Positions 33,799 to 41,102 of a stretch of DNA of 47,982 nt are shown one piece after another. The DNA lies in NCBI GenBank assembly GCA_017414705.1, contig JAFQKX010000008.1, positions 1 through 47,982 of the forward strand, read 5' to 3'. Position numbers and translations under genes: made by a program. The notes beneath the pieces were generated by a model. It saw nothing but the letters and a program-made list of their open reading frames with translations, had not been told where the DNA came from and searched no databases. Position 1 is the first letter of the stretch; each line of letters begins with the position of its first letter. This DNA is from Clostridia bacterium. GTDB lineage: Bacteria; Bacillota; Clostridia; Oscillospirales; Acutalibacteraceae.

Positions 33799-36171
33799 AT
33801 GTCTGTAAAGCGGTTTGAAAGTGACCGTGTCATTTTTCTTGATGACGAAAATGAAGTGCAGGAAATCGTATATCAGAAATCAAAACGAAGAGGCCCCGTC
33901 CTCTCCTTTTTGATCGAGCATTATCTGGGTGGCCAACAGCGCAAAGGCGCATTCGTATGGAACGCCGCTTTTTTTGTGTTGTCGGTCATGTTTTTGGAGA
34001 TCTGCATGCAGCTGGTCAGCTTTGGTGAACTGACCGGTGATATCGTGTATCCTATTTTGTTTTCGATTCCCACCGGTATTCTGCTGTCCTTCTTCACCGG
34101 GTTTTTCAATCCCAAGGTCAACGGCATCATCAGCATGGTGCTGACCTTCTTGGTGTGTCTGTACTTTAATATCCAACTGGTATATCAGAGTATTTTCGGC
34201 GACTTTTTGGCATTGGCCGATATGAGTAACGGCGCCGACGCCATTGAAAATTTCTGGGCACAGATGCTGCACGGTATTTGGGAAGCAAAGTGGGAGATTC
34301 TGCTGCTGTTCATTCCCTTCTTTGCCACCATTGCCATCGCCATCTTTAAGCCCATTCGCTTCACCAAAACCTCTTGGATCACCAAGGGTATCAACTTTGC
34401 CGGGCTGTGTGTGCTGCACGTTGTTTGCCTTTTGGCGCTGCTCGTCGGCGGAAAAGGTCCATACACGCCGTGGGACTGCTATACCAACCCCAACACCGCT
34501 ACCAATAACAGTATCGCCGTGCTGGGTGTGCTGACCACCGCGCGTTTGGAGGTACAGACCGTCACGCTGGGACTGTCGGTCACCAATCCCGACGATCTGG
34601 TGCATATCGACGACTCTCATCTGCTGGGCGATCTCGTACAGACCTCTCCCGAGGTCGATACCTCGCCCAACGTCATGGATATCGATTTTGATAAGCTTGC
34701 AGCCGAGGAGACCAATAAGTCCCTCAAGGAAATGCACGAGTATTTCGCGGCACAGACCCCCTCCAGAAAAAATGAATACACCGGCTATTTTGAGGGCTAC
34801 AACCTCATTACCTTCTGCGCCGAGTCCTTCTCCTCGCGTATGATCAATCCGGTGCTGACCCCCACGCTTTATAAGCTTTCGACCGAAGGCTTCGTTTTTA
34901 ACAACTTCTACAACAGCTATCATTCCAACACCACCAACGGCGAATATACCTTTAATATGGGCATTTTCCCCGATCTGTCACGCAGCAAGGCAAACGGCTC
35001 CTTCCGCAAATCTGCCAATAACTACGTGCCGTTCTGCTTGGGCAATATGTTCAAGACCGTCGGTGTGCAGCCGTATGCCTATCACAACTATTACGGTACC
35101 TATTACACTCGCTACCTCTCTCACCCCAATATGGGTTATAAATTCAAAACGCCGGGTGCAGGTCTGAATATCCGCGTGCAGTGGCCCTCCTCCGACCTTG
35201 CCATGATGGAAAAGTCGATCAAGGATTATCTGTCCGCCGATCAGCAGTTCATGGCGTATTATATGACCTTCAGCGGACATTATCAGTACACCTGGAACAA
35301 CCCCATGGCTGCAAAGAACCGCAAGGAGATCAACGAATACTGCAAGGAAAACAACCTTAAGTACAGCGAGACGGTCAAGGCCTTCTTGGCCTGCAACCTG
35401 GAGCTGGAAAAGGCGCTGACCTACCTGATGGAGCAGCTGGAAGAGGCAGGCGTGGCCGAAAAGACGGTCATCGTATTGACCAACGACCACTATCCGTACG
35501 GCCTTAACTCCACGCAGTACAACGAGCTGGCGGGCGAGAAGATCGACACCACCTTTGAGAAATACAAGAACAGCTTTATTTGCTGGAACGGCGGTATGAG
35601 CGAGCCGGTCGTGGTCGATACGCCATGCTGCACCATTGATATTCTGCCCACCCTTCTCAACCTCTTTGGCTTTGAGTACGATTCCCGTCTGCTTATGGGC
35701 CGTGACGTGCTGGATCCCAATTCCTTCCACGTTGCCATTCTCAGCAACCAGAGCTGGATCACCGACAAAGCGAAGTTTGACGCCTCGCGTAACAAGCTGA
35801 CCGTCATCAAAGAAGGAGATGAGACGGTTACCGACGAATATGTACAGGCCATCCAATCGCTGGTCAAAAATAAATTCACCATGTCCACCAAGATCCTCAA
35901 CAAGAACTATTACAAGATCGTGGTGCCCAAGTCGGCTTCGGTGGTGGCTCCTTCCGATAAAAACAATCAAACGGTCACTCCGCAAAAGCCGAACAATACA
36001 ACGAAGCCCAATAACAACAATACGCAAAGCTCGTCGGTCTCGCAGGGTTCATCCGAACCGCCGAGCAGCTCCGAAAATCATGGTGCATCCAGCGAGCCGG
36101 CGACGCCCGGTCAGCCGACTGTATCACAGACCCAGAGCACACCTGCCGGTTTCGAAGACGAACAAGAGTAA
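33799..36171 (+). CDS. LTA synthase-family sulfatase (LtaS/phosphoglycerol-transferase-like), polytopic N-terminus
   Basis: ATG 33799 lies 8 nt after GAGGAG. About 5 TM helices are followed by a sulfatase-type domain (..ITFCAESFSS.., ..HSNTTNGEYTF.., ..LTNDHYPYG..). The C-terminus is a Ser/Asn/Pro-rich tail. Confidence 0.8.
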   Translation: MSVKRFESDRVIFLDDENEVQEIVYQKSKRRGPVLSFLIEHYLGGQQRKGAFVWNAAFFVLSVMFLEICMQLVSFGELTGDIVYPILFSIPTGILLSFFTGFFNPKVNGIISMVLTFLVCLYFNIQLVYQSIFGDFLALADMSNGADAIENFWAQMLHGIWEAKWEILLLFIPFFATIAIAIFKPIRFTKTSWITKGINFAGLCVLHVVCLLALLVGGKGPYTPWDCYTNPNTATNNSIAVLGVLTTARLEVQTVTLGLSVTNPDDLVHIDDSHLLGDLVQTSPEVDTSPNVMDIDFDKLAAEETNKSLKEMHEYFAAQTPSRKNEYTGYFEGYNLITFCAESFSSRMINPVLTPTLYKLSTEGFVFNNFYNSYHSNTTNGEYTFNMGIFPDLSRSKANGSFRKSANNYVPFCLGNMFKTVGVQPYAYHNYYGTYYTRYLSHPNMGYKFKTPGAGLNIRVQWPSSDLAMMEKSIKDYLSADQQFMAYYMTFSGHYQYTWNNPMAAKNRKEINEYCKENNLKYSETVKAFLACNLELEKALTYLMEQLEEAGVAEKTVIVLTNDHYPYGLNSTQYNELAGEKIDTTFEKYKNSFICWNGGMSEPVVVDTPCCTIDILPTLLNLFGFEYDSRLLMGRDVLDPNSFHVAILSNQSWITDKAKFDASRNKLTVIKEGDETVTDEYVQAIQSLVKNKFTMSTKILNKNYYKIVVPKSASVVAPSDKNNQTVTPQKPNNTTKPNNNNTQSSSVSQGSSEPPSSSENHGASSEPATPGQPTVSQTQSTPAGFEDEQE

Positions 36172-36179
36172 AAATTTCC

Positions 36180-36220
36180 CCATCGGTTTTCAAAATCCTG
36201 AAAACCGATGGATTTTTTTC
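36180..36220 (+). terminator. Rho-independent terminator of the LtaS-family gene
   Basis: Stem CCATCGGTTTTC (36180-36191) pairs with GAAAACCGATGG (36200-36211), followed by ATTTTTTT. Confidence 0.8.
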
Positions 36221-36229
36221 GCTTTCTTA

Positions 36230-36280
36230 TTTACAAACGCCGTTATTTTCGGTATAATAAAAGAAACAATTCTATTGTTG
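36230..36280 (+). promoter_or_regulatory. Promoter plus candidate operator of the hydrogenase regulatory module
   Basis: TTTACA (36230-36235), 17-nt spacer, TATAAT (36253-36258). The palindrome AACAAT-TCT-ATTGTT (36265-36279) sits at or just after the predicted transcription start. Confidence 0.5.
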
Positions 36281-36298
36281 AACGGAGAATGGATGATT

Positions 36299-36655
36299 AT
36301 GAAGATATCGAAGGTTGCTCAATTGCTCAATGCGCAGGTCATCTGCGGAGAAGAATTGCTCGACAACGAGGTGGAGACCGCCTGCGGTGCCGATATGATG
36401 AGTGACGTGCTGGCGTTTGTAAAGGATCGCGCGCTGCTGCTGACCGGTCTGGTCAATCCGCAGGTGGTGCGCACCGCCGAAATGATGGACATTCGCTGCA
36501 TCGCCTTTGTGCGCGGCAAGCAGCCCAATGATATGATCATTGAGCTGGCAAAGGAGTTGTCCATCGTGCTGCTGACCACCGAGGAACGCTTGTACGCCGC
36601 CTGCGGTATTTTGTACAGCGCGGGACTCAATCCCGACGGAGGAATCAGATCATGA
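36299..36655 (+). CDS. DRTGG-domain protein
   Basis: ATG 36299 lies 10 nt after ACGGAGA. The segment ..ACGADMMSDVLAFVKDRALLLTGLVNPQVVRTAEMMDIRCIAFVRGKQP.. is the DRTGG pattern. The upstream part of the 278-aa track ORF is an out-of-frame overlap with the preceding gene. Confidence 0.75.
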   Translation: MKISKVAQLLNAQVICGEELLDNEVETACGADMMSDVLAFVKDRALLLTGLVNPQVVRTAEMMDIRCIAFVRGKQPNDMIIELAKELSIVLLTTEERLYAACGILYSAGLNPDGGIRS

Positions 36656-37086
36656 GTGAGCCGTTGCGTTATACCTATCCCGTCAACGGCGATGATTTTA
36701 TGTCGGCGGGCGGTGTTTCCGCCGTGGTCAAAAAGACCTTGCGCGAGCTTGGCTTTGACAAGGATATCATCCGCCGCACCGCCATCGCTATGTACGAGGG
36801 CGAGATCAATATGGTCATCCACGCCAACGGAGGCGTGGTAGACGTCGAGATCTATCCTGACCGTATCGAGGTCGCGCTCAAGGATACCGGACCGGGTATT
36901 GCCGACGTGGAGCTGGCCATGTCCGACGGTTATTCTACTGCGCCCGACAATGTACGAAGCTTGGGCTTTGGCGCAGGAATGGGCCTGCCCAATATCAAAA
37001 AATATTCCGATGAGATGCGCATCGAAACCCAGGTCGGGGTGGGCACCACCGTCTATCTGACCATCTACACCAAGCCCAAGGCTTGA
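36652..37086 (+). CDS. Anti-sigma-factor-type GHKL ATPase / Ser-protein-kinase-like protein (SpoIIAB/RsbW-like)
   Basis: It has an ATGA overlap with the DRTGG gene. The protein is 144 aa with E..NMVIHA (N-box-like), DTGPGI (G1) and GFGAGMGLPN (G2). Confidence 0.7.
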   Translation: MSEPLRYTYPVNGDDFMSAGGVSAVVKKTLRELGFDKDIIRRTAIAMYEGEINMVIHANGGVVDVEIYPDRIEVALKDTGPGIADVELAMSDGYSTAPDNVRSLGFGAGMGLPNIKKYSDEMRIETQVGVGTTVYLTIYTKPKA

Positions 37087-37124
37087 CCGTATCCATTTCA
37101 TTATTTCAGACAGGAGTGATCCCC

Positions 37125-38444
37125 ATGGAGCAAAATACGTTTCATTCCGTCACCCTGATGCCGGACGCCTGCAAGGGCTGTATCAGCTGTATGAAACGCT
37201 GCCCCACCGAAGCCATTCGCGTGCGCGGCGGCAAGGCTACCATCATTTCCGAGCGCTGTATTGATTGCGGCGAGTGCATTCGTATTTGCCCCTCGCACGC
37301 CAAGCGCGCCGTCACCGACGGCTATGAGCAGTTAGAACGCTTTCGTTGGAAGATCGCGCTGCCCGCGCCCTCCTTCTACGGTCAGTTCAGCGGCATCGAC
37401 GATATCAATTATATTTTGACCGGACTCAAGCACATCGGCTTTGACGATGTGTTCGAGGTCTCGCGCGCTGCCGAGATCGTCAGCCTGTTCTCGCGCAAGT
37501 CGCTTGCCATGCTTAAGGATACCATGACCGGTCCCGTCATCAGCTCGGCGTGTCCCGCCGTGGTGCGCCTGATCAAGATCCGCTTTCCGGCCTTGTGTGC
37601 CAACGTGTTGCCCATCAACGAGCCCATCCATATTGCCGCCCAACTTGCCAAGCAGGAGGCGATGCAAAAAACGGGACTCAAGGAAGAGGAGATCGGTGTT
37701 TTCTTCATCACGCCTTGCCCTGCCAAGGTGACCTCTGCCAAGTATCCCGTCGGCTCAGAACGAACGTATATCGATGGCACCCTTTCCGCCACCGATACAT
37801 ATATGAAAATGCTCTCGGCACTCAAAAACATCAAGGAGCCCGAAAATTTGATGGAATCCGGCATCGTCGGCATCAATTGGGCCAACAGCGGCGGTGAAGC
37901 TGCGGGACTGTTGTTCGATAACTATATCTCTGCCGACGGCATCGAAAACGTTATCAAGGTGCTGGAGGAGGTCGAGGACGAAAAGCTCAACGATATCGAC
38001 TTCGTCGAGCTCAACGCCTGCCCGGGCGGCTGCGTGGGCGGTGTGCTGAATGTCGCCAACGGCTACGTAGCGCGTGCGCGCATCAAGACGCTGCGCAAGT
38101 ACCTGCCGCTGACCAAATCCAAGCCGGTCGAGCAGGAGGAGCAGAACGCTATCCTATTCTGGGAAAACAATCTGGAATATCAGGCAATCTATAAATTGGA
38201 TGATGATATGGCGGTCGCCATGGATAAAATGAAGCAGATCGATCAGATCAAAAACTCTCTGCCGGGGCTGGATTGCGGCTCCTGCGGCGCGCCTACCTGC
38301 CACGCCTTTGCCGAGGATGTGGTGTGCGGACTTGCCAATGAGCACGACTGCATCATCCGTCTGCGTGATCGTATGAGCAAGAGTGCGCCCGAAGTCATTC
38401 CCGCACCCTTCCGTACCAATGAAAAGGAGTCTGAAAAGCAATGA
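37125..38444 (+). CDS. [FeFe]-hydrogenase-like protein with altered H-cluster motifs (putative sensory/regulatory paralogue)
   Basis: ATG 37125 lies 8 nt after AGGAG. It has two CxxCxxCxxxCP motifs. The H-domain motifs are SSACPAV, TPCPAKVTS and ELNACPGGCVGGVLN. There is an extra C-terminal LDCGSCGAPTCHAF motif. Confidence 0.8.
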   Translation: MEQNTFHSVTLMPDACKGCISCMKRCPTEAIRVRGGKATIISERCIDCGECIRICPSHAKRAVTDGYEQLERFRWKIALPAPSFYGQFSGIDDINYILTGLKHIGFDDVFEVSRAAEIVSLFSRKSLAMLKDTMTGPVISSACPAVVRLIKIRFPALCANVLPINEPIHIAAQLAKQEAMQKTGLKEEEIGVFFITPCPAKVTSAKYPVGSERTYIDGTLSATDTYMKMLSALKNIKEPENLMESGIVGINWANSGGEAAGLLFDNYISADGIENVIKVLEEVEDEKLNDIDFVELNACPGGCVGGVLNVANGYVARARIKTLRKYLPLTKSKPVEQEEQNAILFWENNLEYQAIYKLDDDMAVAMDKMKQIDQIKNSLPGLDCGSCGAPTCHAFAEDVVCGLANEHDCIIRLRDRMSKSAPEVIPAPFRTNEKESEKQ

Positions 38445-38773
38445 CCGACCGAGATCTGGCAAAAGCACTGAATCTGACCGTCTTTCACGAGGGAGAGTCA
38501 CGCGAGGTCTGCACCGGCTATTGCGGCGATCTGCTCAGCTGGGTCATGGGCCGCGCCCCCGTGGAAAGTGCTTGGTTTACCGTAATGAACAACAATAACG
38601 TGGCTGCAGTAGCGGTTCTGCGCGAGATGGCCTGCGTCATTCTCACGCAAGGAGTGCAGCCGGATGCCATGCTGCTGGCGCGGATGAAAAGTGAGGACAT
38701 CTCTCTGTACGGCAGTGCCGAGGACGCCTATACCTTGGCGGTCAAGACCGGCACGCTGCTGGCAGAGGCATGA
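38441..38773 (+). CDS. DRTGG-domain protein (second copy)
   Basis: It has an ATGA overlap with the upstream gene. The segment ..YCGDLLSWVMGRAPVESAWFTVMNNNNVAAVAVLREMACVILTQGVQP.. is DRTGG-like. Confidence 0.65.
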   Translation: MTDRDLAKALNLTVFHEGESREVCTGYCGDLLSWVMGRAPVESAWFTVMNNNNVAAVAVLREMACVILTQGVQPDAMLLARMKSEDISLYGSAEDAYTLAVKTGTLLAEA

Positions 38774-38820
38774 TGCTTCCAATACAGTAATAAACTTGTA
38801 ACGAAAGGGCAGGTGAGGAT

Positions 38821-39543
38821 ATGGACGGAATTTATTACGATTTCCATATGCACTCCTGCCTTTCTCCGTGCTCCTCGGACGATATGACCCCCAACGATCT
38901 GGTGGGTATGGCTATGCTGGGCGGCTTGAACGCCATCGCATTGACCGACCATAATTCCTGCCGCAACGTGCCGGCGGCTGCCATTGCTGCCGAGCGGGCA
39001 GGGCTGATCTTTGTGCCGGGTATGGAATTGGAGACCTCGGAGGCCATTCACGTGGTCTGTTTATTCCGCGAGGTCGCACAGGCAATGGCTTTTTCCGACG
39101 AGGTCTACGCTGCGCTGCCGCCCATCAAAAACCGGCCCGAGATCTACGGTAATCAGCTGATCCTCAATGAGCTTGACGAGGAGATCGGCAGGGAAGAGTA
39201 TCTGCTGGTCAACTCAACTGCGATTGGGTTGTATGATGTCCCGCCCCTGTGTAAGCAATACGGCGGCATTGCCATTCTCGCTCATATTGACCGTCATTCC
39301 AACGGCGTATTGGGAATTTTGGGCGATATCACCCCCGATATGGGATATCACCTTGCCGAGGTTTCTCAAAATGCATCGGCAGCAGACTATGCGGCACGAT
39401 TTCCTTTTTTGCACTTTATCAGTGACTCGGATTCGCACGATCTGCTGAGCATCGCAGAGCCGTCAGAACGCAATTTTTTACAGGGGAATTTTCATTCTGC
39501 GGCAGACGTTGTCGATTCTTTGGAAAAATTGTTATTTTTATGA
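38821..39543 (+). CDS. PHP-domain phosphoesterase
   Basis: It has the N-terminal YYDFHMHSCLSPCS and ..IALTDHNS.. and ..AHIDR.. His/Asp metal motifs characteristic of PHP. Confidence 0.8.
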   Translation: MDGIYYDFHMHSCLSPCSSDDMTPNDLVGMAMLGGLNAIALTDHNSCRNVPAAAIAAERAGLIFVPGMELETSEAIHVVCLFREVAQAMAFSDEVYAALPPIKNRPEIYGNQLILNELDEEIGREEYLLVNSTAIGLYDVPPLCKQYGGIAILAHIDRHSNGVLGILGDITPDMGYHLAEVSQNASAADYAARFPFLHFISDSDSHDLLSIAEPSERNFLQGNFHSAADVVDSLEKLLFL

Positions 39544-39583
39544 CAAAAAAATTGATTTTGCTATAGAAATATCAAAACAAATA

Positions 39584-39623
39584 TGTTATAATGCACTCTG
39601 GATGCGAGCGCATCCTATTGTTG
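39584..39623 (+). promoter_or_regulatory. Internal promoter and leader elements upstream of hydC
   Basis: The extended -10 is TGtTATAAT (39584-39592). The palindrome GGATGCG-AG-CGCATCC is at 39600-39615. The 9-mer CTATTGTTG (39615-39623) is also present at 36272-36280. Confidence 0.4.
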
Positions 39624-39648
39624 TGTAATTTTTAAGGAGGTTTCAATA

Positions 39649-40146
39649 ATGAAAAACAAGCTTGAAACGATCCCTTTTAAGGACACTCCCGAGCAAAAGG
39701 CACAGCTTGAACAGATCATCCAGGATTACAAGGATGTTCCCGGCGCTTTGGTTCAGGTCCTCAAAAAGGCACAGGAAGTATACGGATATCTGCCGCTTGA
39801 GGTGCAGATCACGGTGGCGGAAGGCCTCGGGATCTCTCTGGAGGAGGTCTACGGTGTTGTGACTTTCTATTCCTTCTTCTCCATCAACCCCAAGGGACAG
39901 TACGAGATCTCGGTGTGTCTGGGTACCGCTTGCTACGTCAAGGGTGCCGGCGACGTTATCAACAAGATCTCCGACGTGTTGGGAATCAAGGATGGCGGTT
40001 GCACGCCCGACGGTAAGTTCTCTCTGCGCGCCTGCCGTTGCATCGGCGCTTGCGGTCTGGCTCCCGTTCTGACCATCAACGATGATGTTTACGGCCGTCT
40101 GACCACCGATGAGACCGTCAAGGTCTTGCAGAAATACATGGCCTGA
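39649..40146 (+). CDS. hydC: NuoE-like [2Fe-2S] subunit of NAD(H)-linked [FeFe] hydrogenase (HydC)
   Basis: RBS AAGGAGG. Cys motifs CLGTAC and CRCIGACGLAP are typical of NuoE/HydC thioredoxin-like 2Fe-2S proteins. Confidence 0.9.
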   Translation: MKNKLETIPFKDTPEQKAQLEQIIQDYKDVPGALVQVLKKAQEVYGYLPLEVQITVAEGLGISLEEVYGVVTFYSFFSINPKGQYEISVCLGTACYVKGAGDVINKISDVLGIKDGGCTPDGKFSLRACRCIGACGLAPVLTINDDVYGRLTTDETVKVLQKYMA

Positions 40147-40151
40147 TCTTT

Positions 40152-40697
40152 ATGCAGGAACTTTCCCTTAATATTCTCGACGTTGCACAGAACTCGGTTC
40201 GTGCAGGGGCTACTCTGATTGAGATCAGTACGCTGGAGAGCACGGCGGACCACCGCCTGACGGTCACCATTGCCGACAACGGCTGCGGAATGACCGAGCA
40301 GCAGGTGCAGCAGGTCACCGACCCGTTCTTTACCTCCCGCACCACCCGCAAGGTGGGACTCGGGGTGCCGCTCTTCAAAATGATGAGTGAGCTGACCGGC
40401 GGCTCCTTTCAAATCACCTCTCAGGTGGGGCAGGGGACCACGGTGCAGGCCGTCTTTTGTACCGACAGCATCGACTGTCTGCCGCTCGGGAATATGACCG
40501 ATACCATCTTCTCCTTGGTCACTATGAATTGCACCATCGATTTTGTTTATCGTGATCGCTTGGATGAGCGGGAATTCGTATTCGATACCCGCGAGATCCG
40601 TGAGATCTTGGGCGAAGTTCCCTTCAATACTCCCGAAATCGCAACGTTTTTGCGGGAGTATCTTCAAGAAAATTCAATTCGTATCCATGACAACTGA
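40152..40697 (+). CDS. Stand-alone histidine-kinase-like (GHKL) ATPase-domain protein
   Basis: It has an N-box (LNILDVAQNSVRA), G1 (DNGCGM) and G2 (GLGVPLF) and no DHp, sensor or TM region. It sits between hydC and the ferredoxin/hydB genes. Confidence 0.75.
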   Translation: MQELSLNILDVAQNSVRAGATLIEISTLESTADHRLTVTIADNGCGMTEQQVQQVTDPFFTSRTTRKVGLGVPLFKMMSELTGGSFQITSQVGQGTTVQAVFCTDSIDCLPLGNMTDTIFSLVTMNCTIDFVYRDRLDEREFVFDTREIREILGEVPFNTPEIATFLREYLQENSIRIHDN

Positions 40698-40713
40698 AAG
40701 GAATGACTATCAG

Positions 40714-41085
40714 ATGAAAACATTGGAAGAACTCAAGGCTTTGAAAGCAAAGGCTCTGCAAAACATGGGTATCCGTGACGATCAGGCCGCTACCACCCGT
40801 ATCGTGGTAGGTATGGCAACCTGCGGCATCGCCGCCGGTGCCAGACCCGTCCTGACCGCCTTTACCGAAGAGGTTGCCAAGCGTCAGCTGCAGGATGTCG
40901 CCGTCTCTCAGACCGGCTGCATCGGCATCTGCCAGTATGAACCGGTGGTCGAGGTTTTCCGCACCGGCGAAGAAAAGGTCACCTACGTTAAAATGACCGC
41001 CGATAAGGTCGCCCGCATCGTCGCTGAGCATATCGTCAACGGCAACGTTGTCACCGAATACACCATTGGTGCCTGCACCAAATAA
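40714..41085 (+). CDS. Thioredoxin-like (2Fe-2S) ferredoxin-domain protein
   Basis: ATG 40714 lies after the upstream stop at 40695-40697, with AAAGGA 11 nt upstream. Motifs are ..VGMATCGIAAG.. and ..GCIGICQYEP... Confidence 0.8.
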   Translation: MKTLEELKALKAKALQNMGIRDDQAATTRIVVGMATCGIAAGARPVLTAFTEEVAKRQLQDVAVSQTGCIGICQYEPVVEVFRTGEEKVTYVKMTADKVARIVAEHIVNGNVVTEYTIGACTK

Positions 41086-41102
41086 TCAAGGAGGAAAAAC
41101 GC

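Noticed and set aside
35819-36298. The N-terminal 160 aa of the 278-aa track ORF 35819-36655.
   Set aside because: This part overlaps the 3' end of the LtaS-family gene in another frame and crosses its terminator and the next promoter. Only the last 118 codons (from ATG 36299, with RBS) form the DRTGG protein.
39552-39575. TTGAT-N14-ATCAA inverted repeat upstream of hydC, and TTGTT-containing motifs, considered as Rex (redox repressor) operators.
   Set aside because: Neither matches the TTGTGAA-N6-TTCACAA / TTGTTAA-N4-TTAACAA type palindrome in spacing or half-site orientation. They are kept only as unassigned motifs.
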